A stretch of 64,000 nt of DNA from a virus: the IMG/VR virus record IMGVR_UViG_3300025732_000023, positions 1 through 64,000 of that record; one strand, 5' to 3'. The translations under genes were made by a program, and so were the position numbers. The notes beneath the pieces were generated by a model. That model had not been told where the DNA came from. It saw only the letters and a list, made by a program, of their open reading frames with translations, and searched no databases. This document shows positions 1 through 8,829 of the stretch, one piece after another; the stretch's first letter is position 1, and every line of letters begins with the position of its first letter.

Positions 1-504
1 ACCGGCACCAAGATTATAAGCAAAGCTGAGCAGAGCGCCTCTTTGTCCATCTGACATTTCACTCCAATGTGGGATTTTTCTAAGTGATGGAAGGAAGTTG
101 TGCTTACACTCATCAATCAAAAGTTCATCTGCTTCTGCTTGAGTGATTGAATCTCCCATCTTAAACGCAGAACCATCTTTCTTGCGAGTACATCCCCAAC
201 CAATCGTGATTGGAAGATTACCGGTAAGTGGATCTGGGTATGCATTTAATCTACATCCCTCAAACTCTTTGATTAACTTAATGCCCATCTGAGGAACATC
301 ATCACCACCTACAGGAGCTGCAGCAGCGGGAGCAGATGCTGGTGCAGCACTAGTCTTTTTTCCTCTATAAATCTCTGCCCAATCAATATTATCTTCTAGA
401 TACTTGACTGGGAGGTTATCTTCCAACCACTGAACTGCTTTGACGTGGTTGGGGTTCTTCTCGTCATAAAACTTGAAGAAGTTATGTAGATCGATTCTTG
501 CCAT
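1..504 (-). CDS. GH24 phage lysozyme (endolysin) with extra N-terminal domain; 3' end beyond window edge
   Basis: Not in ORF track; manual translation from ATG at 504 gives MARIDLHNFFKFYDEKNPNHVKAVQWLEDNLP...linker...IKLIKEFEGCRLNAYPDPLTGNLPITIGWG...LLSFAYNLGAG (GH24 E-x8-D catalytic region and FxYNxG motif); frame open to position 1. Confidence 0.88.
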   Translation of the reverse strand, partial: MARIDLHNFFKFYDEKNPNHVKAVQWLEDNLPVKYLEDNIDWAEIYRGKKTSAAPASAPAAAAPVGGDDVPQMGIKLIKEFEGCRLNAYPDPLTGNLPITIGWGCTRKKDGSAFKMGDSITQAEADELLIDECKHNFLPSLRKIPHWSEMSDGQRGALLSFAYNLGAG

Positions 505-602
505 TGTTGTCTCCGAAATACCGTTGATAAAGTTCGTTTGCTTCTACATGCTTTCCATTATTTGTAAGATCTCTAATCACTTTAAGCATCTTTCTTTTAA
601 AA

Positions 603-1274
603 TTAATCGAAGATTCTGCCCCATCCATCGTTTCCTCCTGGACACCAGCGATGCTTGAGCATTGCTTTGGCGTAAATAGTCTTCTTACCATTTGTTACTG
701 GACCAGTGTAGTTATCATTACAGGAACCGTATGGGTCGTTACAGTAGTAACCTTTGCCATCTGGTGTCTTACCAATGACTACAACCATGTGCCCGCCAGT
801 AGGTGCAGATAGAGGACCCCTGTGAAGGATACCAATAACAACTGGTTTCCCAGCATCAAGGCTACGATCAATATCAGCGAAAGAAAGATTGTAACTAAAG
901 TGTGACTTAACTCCATAACCAGCCAGAACTTTCGTTTGTACCGCATGGTCAGTAGTATCGCCAATCGCAAATACTTTCTTGACATACTCATCATCACCTT
1001 TAATGCTTCCTGGCTTGAGGAAAGCAAGGCACATAGCACACGATGAACTGTTACAAGTTCTATGTGCATCTCTGTAGTTATCTACTTGATTGAAATAAGG
1101 AACATCCAGAACTGCGGGTGTAGGGGGCTTAGTTCTGTAAATACCAATCCAATCTGTTTCTGCATCATCTAAAAACTGAGAAGGAAGATTATCCTCTAAC
1201 CATTGAACTGCCGCCACGTGATTTGAATTGTTCTCGTCGTAAAACTTGAAAAAGTTATGAAGATCAAGTGTCAT
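603..1274 (-). CDS. Peptidase C39-like (papain-fold) protein, likely cell-wall amidase/peptidase
   Basis: VPYFNQ...RTCNSSSCAM (Cys), GGHMVV (His), YCNDPYG (Asp); N-terminal domain shared with adjacent lysozyme. Confidence 0.8.
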   Translation of the reverse strand: MTLDLHNFFKFYDENNSNHVAAVQWLEDNLPSQFLDDAETDWIGIYRTKPPTPAVLDVPYFNQVDNYRDAHRTCNSSSCAMCLAFLKPGSIKGDDEYVKKVFAIGDTTDHAVQTKVLAGYGVKSHFSYNLSFADIDRSLDAGKPVVIGILHRGPLSAPTGGHMVVVIGKTPDGKGYYCNDPYGSCNDNYTGPVTNGKKTIYAKAMLKHRWCPGGNDGWGRIFD

Positions 1275-1464
1275 CTTCGTCTCCTATAAACTCTAATGAG
1301 AAAATATCATGCTCTGGAATTTCTGAATCCAACCACTCACTAAATTCTGATTGAATTGCGTATGCGTTTTGATATTCATGTTCTTCATTTATATCACAAA
1401 GAGTATGAATACGATCAGTTGCCCAATCGTGGGTTAAACGAAGAGTCTCAATCAAAGTTACCAT
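1264..1464 (-). CDS. small acidic hypothetical protein
   Basis: 66 aa ORF overlapping both neighbours in an operon-like arrangement. Confidence 0.6.
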   Translation of the reverse strand: MVTLIETLRLTHDWATDRIHTLCDINEEHEYQNAYAIQSEFSEWLDSEIPEHDIFSLEFIGDEDDT

Positions 1465-1876
1465 AATCTTTTCGCATGTAGCGTCCTAGAATATTGCTAT
1501 TGTAGTACGCTGGTGTTCCATCGTCAAGTGATTCACTCAACACATTATTTAGAAAAAGTTGTTTTGTTTCTTCATAATTACAGTCACCTTTTGCTTTATG
1601 AAGACTCAATATTTCTCTACCGAAGATCTCTTTGCCGTGCTTTTTAATATCTTCTTTCAACTCAGGACAAGAACCATAATATTTCTTCCAGTCTGATTCT
1701 TGTTTTACTCTTCTTTTCTTTCCTGGCGGAGTTCTGAAAGACCAGAAGTATTTTCTTCCAATATATTTTCTACCGGTGGTCTTATTGCTTATACAGTAAA
1801 CAAATCCAAAGTACTCACCAATATTATCAGTATCAAAAATTTCCCCATTATATTTCCAAGGATTATCATAGCTCAT
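1448..1876 (-). CDS. GIY-YIG endonuclease (T4 endonuclease II/DenA-like)
   Basis: GFVYCISN...KYIGRK motif and YYGS; short single-domain GIY-YIG. Confidence 0.8.
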   Translation of the reverse strand: MSYDNPWKYNGEIFDTDNIGEYFGFVYCISNKTTGRKYIGRKYFWSFRTPPGKKRRVKQESDWKKYYGSCPELKEDIKKHGKEIFGREILSLHKAKGDCNYEETKQLFLNNVLSESLDDGTPAYYNSNILGRYMRKDYGNFD

Positions 1877-1905
1877 ATAGTAATCATTAAGAGCTATTAT
1901 TTATC

Positions 1906-1953
1906 CTTCAACGGGAACAAAGAGATTCTAGGTATGTTTTGGGATCTTGTCAA
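1906..1953 (-). promoter_or_regulatory. sigma70-type promoter TTGACA-17-TAGAAT followed by a conserved 19-nt sequence
   Basis: TTGACA 1953-1948, TAGAAT 1930-1925; 25-mer identical to 47339-47363. Confidence 0.75.
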
Positions 1954-1960
1954 GCCCTTG

Positions 1961-1967
1961 ATAAATA
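1961..1967 (+). promoter_or_regulatory. T4-type late promoter (ATAAATA) for plus-strand island
   Basis: Upstream of ATG 1988; the same motif precedes 2995 (2977-2983) and 6778 (6759-6765). Confidence 0.65.
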
Positions 1968-1987
1968 CTCAATAAAGTCTTATAATA

Positions 1988-2980
1988 ATGACTGTCTACG
2001 TCAATAATATAACCATTAATACTGGGGAATACTTTTCCAGAGACTTTTACTTGGACAATATTGACGGTACACCATTAAACTTGGTTGGATATGCAGCGTC
2101 TTCATATATTCGTAAGCACCCAGAAAGTTTAAATCCAACTGCAAAGTTTAATGTAGGATTTATTGACAGAAATAACGGAAGAATAAGAGTATCATTAGCA
2201 TCTACCGTAACTGCCAGTATTAAACCTGGTCGGTATGTTTATGATGTTTTGTTTACTGATAACACGACTAAGAAGTCAATTGTAATCGAAGGTAATATTC
2301 TTGCAACAGAAGATGTTTCTACTGATTGTTTGTTTTTAAAGACTGATTATGCAAATAAATTTGGATTTATACCTTTTGATAATCAAACAGTTACTGCAAA
2401 TGGTAATTATCCAAGTAACACAATTGATGAAATAACAATAAATGATATTAATGATTATGGGGTAATAATTTTTGGATATGCAGATAAATGTGGAACCCTA
2501 CCAAACCTAGTTTCTTTTTTACAAAACCCAACTAACATTGATATAATAAATCAATATCTTTATCGTGGTGGTGTAGTTTGGTTTAGAGGAGAATGGCGAG
2601 GAAGCTTTGGAATTTGTGCTCCAGCTGCAGATCAAAATCTTGCTCTTGCTGCTCTTGGGACTAACATAAGAGTAAAGGGAGTTGGACATGTACCAAGCAC
2701 AACTACAAATATATCTGGAAGCACGGTTCTTCCCGCAACACTAAACCACGATGCGACAAATGGATTGGATGGTGGAATAGCACTTTATGAATCAAGTAGT
2801 AATGGTTTTATTACTGTTGCATACGAAAAAGTTAATAATGGTGTAATATTTGTAAATGCAGATGTAAATGGAAGTTTTACAAGTCCATCAGATGAACTTT
2901 ATGATGGTATAAGAGACTTGGTTACCGCCAATGAATATACCCCAACAGTAACTACACCCAATTATAACCCAAATCCATAA
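1988..2980 (+). CDS. putative virion structural protein (BppU-like N-terminal adaptor domain plus variable C-terminal domain)
   Basis: N-terminal ~110 aa (LxGY...KPGRYVYD...VIEG) paralogous to 2995 and 6778 ORFs; late promoter. Confidence 0.65.
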   Translation: MTVYVNNITINTGEYFSRDFYLDNIDGTPLNLVGYAASSYIRKHPESLNPTAKFNVGFIDRNNGRIRVSLASTVTASIKPGRYVYDVLFTDNTTKKSIVIEGNILATEDVSTDCLFLKTDYANKFGFIPFDNQTVTANGNYPSNTIDEITINDINDYGVIIFGYADKCGTLPNLVSFLQNPTNIDIINQYLYRGGVVWFRGEWRGSFGICAPAADQNLALAALGTNIRVKGVGHVPSTTTNISGSTVLPATLNHDATNGLDGGIALYESSSNGFITVAYEKVNNGVIFVNADVNGSFTSPSDELYDGIRDLVTANEYTPTVTTPNYNPNP

Positions 2981-2994
2981 ATACTTAAAAAACG

Positions 2995-3585
2995 ATGTCG
3001 GTATATGTAAATAACCTTACTATCAATATAGGAACAGACTTTGTACAAACATATGATTTGTATCAGAGTGGTGGTAAGGTTATTGATCTAACTGGATATT
3101 CGGCAGCATCAAGTCTCAGAAAACACAGAGATAGTAATACATCGGTAAGTTTTGTTGTTGGATTTCCAGATAGAAAGAATGGAAAAATTAAAATATCAAT
3201 TCCTAGTTGGACAACTACTAGACTAAAACCTGGTAGATATGTTTATGATATTTTGATGACAAAACCGAATGGTGATAAAGGAATTATTGTTGAAGGAACT
3301 ATTCACGCAAGAGCAGGTATATCAACGGGTTGTTCCTTTTCACTACCGACTAGTTCTCAAAGACTTTGTATTGCTGTGATTGATGAAAGCGATAATCAAA
3401 CAACTGGTGGAATGTCTCAAAGTTGGGATGTATTTAGATCTACATATCCAAATAGAACTTTTTATCTTCTACAACCAACAACCTTTGGATATGGTAATAG
3501 TGTAAATAATACTAACTATAGTGATTTAAGGTGCCCTGATAACTTCTTGACTGAAACAACTGTAAACGTCTCACCGCTGATCTAA
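2995..3585 (+). CDS. putative virion structural protein (same adaptor domain plus short C-terminal region)
   Basis: DLTGYSAASSLRKH...KPGRYVYDILM...IVEG; late promoter. Confidence 0.65.
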   Translation: MSVYVNNLTINIGTDFVQTYDLYQSGGKVIDLTGYSAASSLRKHRDSNTSVSFVVGFPDRKNGKIKISIPSWTTTRLKPGRYVYDILMTKPNGDKGIIVEGTIHARAGISTGCSFSLPTSSQRLCIAVIDESDNQTTGGMSQSWDVFRSTYPNRTFYLLQPTTFGYGNSVNNTNYSDLRCPDNFLTETTVNVSPLI

Positions 3586-3586
3586 A

Positions 3587-5035
3587 ATGTCTCAACAAGG
3601 ATTTCCAAACGGTGGCATAATGCCAGATGATGACGCAGATTTTACATATTCAAATATCATTACTACGGAAGCGGATATAAGAGCAGCTGCTCAGGAAATT
3701 GTAAACGAAGCTTACATATCTGGTAATATTGAATCAAAAGTTGCAGATACTGTTGCAACTAGTATTGAAGGGTTGGCAACAGCGGGATTAACCCTTGCAC
3801 AATATTATATTCAGCAAGTTACATATCAAGGTAATGATGGATATGGCACAGAAAACAATCCTGTTGAAATTAATTACAGTTCTAATGTGAATGAATTATT
3901 TACAAAATCTCTTGGTTCTGATGCAAATCCTGATAGTATCTACCAAAGTTATCGAGCAAATTCTACAAATATAGATGGAGTTCAAAACACATTTTTTCAT
4001 TTAGGAGCAGGACCTAATTCATTTAATTGGGATGCGAATGGAAATTTGACAATAACCGATACATATCTTTTTACGGGTTTAGATGATATTGGTGCAGCAC
4101 CAACTGTGGATCAAGCAACTTCTCCTGGCGGTCTTCTTGCACAAGTTGCTAAATTTTTTATTGGTCTTGCTGCTGGAAGTTTTTTAACACCTCTTGCACA
4201 ACTCAAAGGTGATATTAACAATATATCAAAAATGCTTTTCGGAGCATCAGCAGCAAACTATGTTGATGGAGGTGTTCCTTTTAACCTTGTTAGATGGGCA
4301 GAGGTAAATGGACAAAACGTAACTGATATTGGTCTTATTGAACCAATGAAGTTTCTCAAAAGATTTACCCCACAAGAATTATATGATAACAATCCCACAC
4401 TTTTCTTTGATGCAGTTGCTAAAGGTTTGATACCATTTTCGGCATTACTTGCAATGCCAGATTTTATTTGCAATTCTATCGAAGTTGGTTCTGGACCAGA
4501 TCCATTTGGATTTCTTCCAAATTATGCACCAGTTAATACAACTTTGCCCGCTGATCCTGATGACTGGACTTTTGGTGGGGGTGGAAATTATCCAAAACCC
4601 TTTACTAGTTTTGCACAAAGAATAACAGAGGCAAATCTTTCTCTTGGTCCATTTGCAATGGTAGATTTTAAAAATCCAACCACTAATGTATCAACAAGAA
4701 TTTCTGGAAGAATATGTAATCTAGCAATAGTATGTAATGGTGCTCCTGGTGTAGTTGGATTTATAAGACAAAACTGGTATGGTGCAGATTTAAGTGGAAC
4801 TGGTTATGGTGGTAACCTATTAAAGTGGCAGTGGTGGGAACAGGCAATAAAAACAAAATATACATTTCCATATGGTCACCTTCCAGGATATCCAGATGTC
4901 ACAATAGAAGTTGCAACAGCATCTTATGCCGTTGGAGATGCTAATAACTTTGCACCAGATTTGCCAATACAAGAAGATTATACGCTTCTTCTTGGAACAG
5001 TTCTTGCAGCGGCAGCACTCGGAGCGATACTATAA
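3587..5035 (+). CDS. hypothetical protein with hydrophobic C-terminus
   Basis: 482 aa ORF coupled to neighbours; no recognised family. Confidence 0.6.
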   Translation: MSQQGFPNGGIMPDDDADFTYSNIITTEADIRAAAQEIVNEAYISGNIESKVADTVATSIEGLATAGLTLAQYYIQQVTYQGNDGYGTENNPVEINYSSNVNELFTKSLGSDANPDSIYQSYRANSTNIDGVQNTFFHLGAGPNSFNWDANGNLTITDTYLFTGLDDIGAAPTVDQATSPGGLLAQVAKFFIGLAAGSFLTPLAQLKGDINNISKMLFGASAANYVDGGVPFNLVRWAEVNGQNVTDIGLIEPMKFLKRFTPQELYDNNPTLFFDAVAKGLIPFSALLAMPDFICNSIEVGSGPDPFGFLPNYAPVNTTLPADPDDWTFGGGGNYPKPFTSFAQRITEANLSLGPFAMVDFKNPTTNVSTRISGRICNLAIVCNGAPGVVGFIRQNWYGADLSGTGYGGNLLKWQWWEQAIKTKYTFPYGHLPGYPDVTIEVATASYAVGDANNFAPDLPIQEDYTLLLGTVLAAAALGAIL

Positions 5036-6762
5036 TGCCAAATCCAACTAGTAATAATAGAATTGCTTTTAAAAATTATTTAAGGGCAAACAAACAAAAA
5101 TTCACAAGTGGAATACAAACTTGTGTTCTTGGAGATATCCAGAATGTAATATTAAGTATATCTTCTGGAATTGATACTTCACAAATAACAAGAGTTGTTA
5201 TATTTGATGATGGAGAAAGAGTTGGATTATCAACAGTCTTAAATCAAAAACAACTGTTCTATGTTCCTGCACTACCAAATGATTCTATTGTTATTGGTGT
5301 TGGAACTGCGGGTGATGTTGGAATAAAATCTTACAGGGGATATAAGTTAGACTTTGTTGGAGATGGGCAAGGAATTAGATATGAGAATCAAATATTTGGA
5401 CTAAACTCAGTAATCGGATTAGGTACAGATACTTCACTTACAGTATTAGGATTAGGTGGAGGTCTGTTCTTACCAGGTGATCCGCCAACTTATAGTATTA
5501 CACAATCTGCAACAACAGTTAATGAGGGGCAAACAGTATCTTTTGCTGTTACTACTGCAAACGTAGGTTCTGGAACAACTTTATACTATAATATTATTGG
5601 TAATACTTCAAACGCAGACTTTTTAGATGGATCGTTAAGTGGTTCTTTTGTTGTAACAAATGGATCTGGATCTTTTTCAAAGACACTAGCAACGGATTCA
5701 TTATATAATGAATTTACTGAAGGATTTAAAGTTAATATTTCAACTGGTTCTACAACTGGGGCAATTGTTGGAACATCAAATACAATATTTGTTACAAATC
5801 TAGGAGAACCATCATATACAATTGGTGTTTCAACAACAACGGTTAATGAAGGTGGATCAGTTAATTTTACACTGAATACAGTTAATGTTGGAGACGGAAC
5901 TACATTATATTATAGTACTGGCGGCAGTATGGAAGCCGCTGACTTCTCCAATAATTCACTAACTGGATCTTTTAGTATTGTTGGTACAGGTGCAACAACT
6001 GGTATTGCAACAGTTACAAGAACCCTTGCAAATGATATCCTTACAGAAGGAAGTGAGTCATTTACATTTGTTGTAAGAACTGGTTCAACTAGTGGATCAG
6101 TTGTTGCAACAAGTTCAACAATTACAGTTGCTGATGTAGTACCAACATATTCAGTCACACCATCAGCAACATCTGTTAATGAAGGATCATCAGTAACTTT
6201 TACTATTACAACTGCTGGTGTTCCAAATGGAACCGTACTATATTGGACGGCATTACAAGTATCTGGAACTTTATCCGCTTCAGACTTTACTGACGCTGCT
6301 GTAAGTGGTTCATTTACTGTGAACAATAACACTGGAACGATTATTAGAACAATCTCGGCAGACCGTTCCACCGAATCGATTGATATATTTCAGATTCAAA
6401 TTCGTAGAAGTTCAATTACCGGAACTGTAATTGCAACATCAGATTCAGTCACAATTAACGATACATCAAAAAATGTTGGATCTAATGCAAGTGGTCTTAC
6501 ATTTGGTCCCGTTCAAGTCAATAGGGACAATGGAAACACTGCCCTTGCTTCTGACTGGTATACAATTTGTGGACTTGAAAATATTCCAGAAGGATCGTCA
6601 ATCGCATTGTTTATTGATAATTCTGGTAGTATGACCCAAGCAACCGTTCAGGCATCATATAATCTTTTAGTTTCAAAATTAAATGCAAGAGGCATAACAA
6701 TTACCACAGTAACAAATTCAAATGAAGATTGGATTACTCCCTTCCTAGTTGATTTACCATAA
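5035..6762 (+). CDS. Thr/Ser-rich adhesin/fibre-like protein with three Calx-beta/Ig-like repeats and a vWA-like C-terminus
   Basis: Three PxYS/T...T(T/S)VNEG.xVxFxxxT repeats of ~110 aa; IALFIDNSGSM DxSxS motif near the end. Confidence 0.7.
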   Translation: MPNPTSNNRIAFKNYLRANKQKFTSGIQTCVLGDIQNVILSISSGIDTSQITRVVIFDDGERVGLSTVLNQKQLFYVPALPNDSIVIGVGTAGDVGIKSYRGYKLDFVGDGQGIRYENQIFGLNSVIGLGTDTSLTVLGLGGGLFLPGDPPTYSITQSATTVNEGQTVSFAVTTANVGSGTTLYYNIIGNTSNADFLDGSLSGSFVVTNGSGSFSKTLATDSLYNEFTEGFKVNISTGSTTGAIVGTSNTIFVTNLGEPSYTIGVSTTTVNEGGSVNFTLNTVNVGDGTTLYYSTGGSMEAADFSNNSLTGSFSIVGTGATTGIATVTRTLANDILTEGSESFTFVVRTGSTSGSVVATSSTITVADVVPTYSVTPSATSVNEGSSVTFTITTAGVPNGTVLYWTALQVSGTLSASDFTDAAVSGSFTVNNNTGTIIRTISADRSTESIDIFQIQIRRSSITGTVIATSDSVTINDTSKNVGSNASGLTFGPVQVNRDNGNTALASDWYTICGLENIPEGSSIALFIDNSGSMTQATVQASYNLLVSKLNARGITITTVTNSNEDWITPFLVDLP

Positions 6763-6777
6763 ATATTTCAAAAACCA

Positions 6778-7122
6778 ATGGCAGTTACATATACGGCAAA
6801 TTTAGTCATATATACGGGAACTGATTTTGATCAGACCTTTGCACTTGAAGATGATCAATCAAACAGCGCATTAAATTTGACTGGATATAGCGGATGTGCT
6901 CAACTCAAAAGATATGAGTCTTCGAGTAAAACTGCCGATTTTACAGTTGGTTTTGCTAATGATAGAACAACTGGTAGAGTTACACTTTCTCTTGGATCAA
7001 CTACAAGTGCTGCAATTAAACCAGGAAAATATTTTTACGACTTACTATTAAACAGTCCCACTGGAACTACAACAAGAGTTGTAGAAGGAACTGCTTTGGT
7101 TAAAAAGTCTGTTACTAGATAA
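6778..7122 (+). CDS. stand-alone adaptor-domain virion protein
   Basis: Paralog of the N-terminal domains of the 1988 and 2995 ORFs (NLTGY...KPGKYFYD...VVEG). Confidence 0.65.
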   Translation: MAVTYTANLVIYTGTDFDQTFALEDDQSNSALNLTGYSGCAQLKRYESSSKTADFTVGFANDRTTGRVTLSLGSTTSAAIKPGKYFYDLLLNSPTGTTTRVVEGTALVKKSVTR

Positions 7123-7123
7123 T

Positions 7124-7149
7124 AAAAAAGAGGGTTGTTAACCCTCTTG
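7124..7149. terminator. intrinsic terminator between convergent genes
   Basis: AAGAGGGTT-gtt-AACCCTCTT hairpin with a flanking A run. Confidence 0.7.
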
Positions 7150-7152
7150 AAA

Positions 7153-8799
7153 TCATTTGTTTCTTTCTTCTGCCGCCTTTCGCATTGTTTGAAGTTCTTT
7201 CACAGTATCAGCAAGACTTTGCTTCTTAGGTGCTTCTGGTTTTAGATCAGGAGTTGGAGAAGTCGCTGCAACCTTATTGGACTTAGCAACATCTACCGCT
7301 GCCTTAACACCTGCCTCACCACCACCTGCTGCACGTGCAGCAGCAAGTTCTGCCGATGTTGGAGTTCTTCTTTCGTAAGAAGTTCCAGTAGCAGTTACAT
7401 TCTTAGATTGAATGGTTGGTGGTTTTGGATTTGGCTTTGGAGCAGCAGGAGCAGTTGTTACTGCTTTTACTGTTGGTTTAGGTGCAGGTGCTGAGGGTCT
7501 TGGTCCAAGTCCCTCACGCTCAGGTGCTGGATTTCTATACATATCTGCGTGCCTTCTATCAAAATCTTTTGTTACGGCAGAAACATATGCATTATTTTTA
7601 TCATCTTTTGCTAGTTGATCTTCTCCTCTAAGAACTCTATATCTAGCATATGCACCTATAACACCAGGATCATTGGAGACAACAGGAGCCCAAGTTTCAG
7701 GTTTTCCTTTTACCATTGCACCAGCAACGCCACCACGAGGTGCCATAATTTTATTTCTATAACCCGTTTGAGGAGTACCAAGTCTTGTCGTTCCAGTATT
7801 TGGAGTATAACCGCGTGTTGGGGTCGCCCTTGCTACATTCTTTGGAGTTGCTTCTGGTTTACCCCAATCCATTGGGTTCCAAGACCAACGCTCTTGAACA
7901 ATACTCTGAATATGATCAGAATCCATTTGCAACATAACATAATGTGCTTCGGAAAGCGTATCAGCGTGTCCTTCTGAAAAGATATAATCTAGAACAATAT
8001 CATATGCTTCCTTTTTAGTCTCTTTTTTAGAAAGAGGATTCTTAGAAAGTTCATCAGCAACTTTGTTAGTTTCTGCATCAGTACTTACCGTTACCTTAGG
8101 AGTTGGTGCTGGTGTAGGTGCTGGTGTAGGTGCTGGTGTTTGTGGAGCAGGAAGTCTGGACTTCATATCTCCCATCAGAGGATTAGTCGTAGCACTGGTT
8201 CCTCTTGTTCTTGCTCTTTCATCAGCAGCGGCAGCAAGTTTGGGATTGGATTTTCTCCAAATATCCATACCCATATCTCTGACTTTCGCCATCTCAGCGG
8301 GGTCTCCGCTCTTTCTAGCGGCCGCTGCTGCCTTCATATAATCTGCCACTGGGGAGGGTTTAGGGGCAGCAGGAGCGGGTGTTGGAGCAGGTGCTGGGGT
8401 ACTTCCACCACCACCTCCTCCACCACCGCCACTAGATGGTTGTGCAGGTGCAGGTGAGGGTGTAGGGGAAGGTGTGGGAGAAGGTTTGTCGGGATAAGCA
8501 GTAAATTTACCAACACCCTTGTTATCATAAACGATGTAACCTCTTTTACCATCCGGAGATGTAGTAGGATATCCCTTACCTGGTGTTACATCCTGAGGTT
8601 TTCCTTGTAAATTGGTAATTCTTACAGGTTTTGGTTTTGCTGATGGTTGAGTAGGATAAGCAGTAAATTTACCTTCTCCTTTATCATTATATACAATATA
8701 ACCTCTTTTACCATCCGGAGATGTAGTAGGATATCCCTTACCTGGTGTTACATCCTGAGGTTTTCCTTGTAAATTGGTAATTCTTACAGGTTTTGCCAT
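7153..8799 (-). CDS. Pro/Ala/Lys-rich modular late protein (putative internal head protein)
   Basis: Duplicated N-terminal module; conserved YDIVLDYIFSEGHADT helix module. Confidence 0.7.
   Translation of the reverse strand: MAKPVRITNLQGKPQDVTPGKGYPTTSPDGKRGYIVYNDKGEGKFTAYPTQPSAKPKPVRITNLQGKPQDVTPGKGYPTTSPDGKRGYIVYDNKGVGKFTAYPDKPSPTPSPTPSPAPAQPSSGGGGGGGGGSTPAPAPTPAPAAPKPSPVADYMKAAAAARKSGDPAEMAKVRDMGMDIWRKSNPKLAAAADERARTRGTSATTNPLMGDMKSRLPAPQTPAPTPAPTPAPTPKVTVSTDAETNKVADELSKNPLSKKETKKEAYDIVLDYIFSEGHADTLSEAHYVMLQMDSDHIQSIVQERWSWNPMDWGKPEATPKNVARATPTRGYTPNTGTTRLGTPQTGYRNKIMAPRGGVAGAMVKGKPETWAPVVSNDPGVIGAYARYRVLRGEDQLAKDDKNNAYVSAVTKDFDRRHADMYRNPAPEREGLGPRPSAPAPKPTVKAVTTAPAAPKPNPKPPTIQSKNVTATGTSYERRTPTSAELAAARAAGGGEAGVKAAVDVAKSNKVAATSPTPDLKPEAPKKQSLADTVKELQTMRKAAEERNK
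8492..8795 (-). repeat. 162-bp-period direct duplication encoding the KPVRITNLQGKPQDVTPGKGYP...KFTAYP module twice
   Basis: About 97 bp identical block at ~8537-8633 and ~8699-8795. Confidence 0.9.
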
Positions 8800-8829
8800 T
8801 TTAGTGTATTGTAAAATTATGGTTTATTT

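Noticed and set aside
482-691. 69-aa minus ORF as a holin or spanin
   Set aside because: No TM segment or lipobox; overlaps both neighbours, and at most a ~35-aa peptide is plausible
8492-8795. Diversity-generating retroelement TR/VR pair
   Set aside because: Differences are not adenine-specific, both copies are in one ORF, and no reverse transcriptase is in the window
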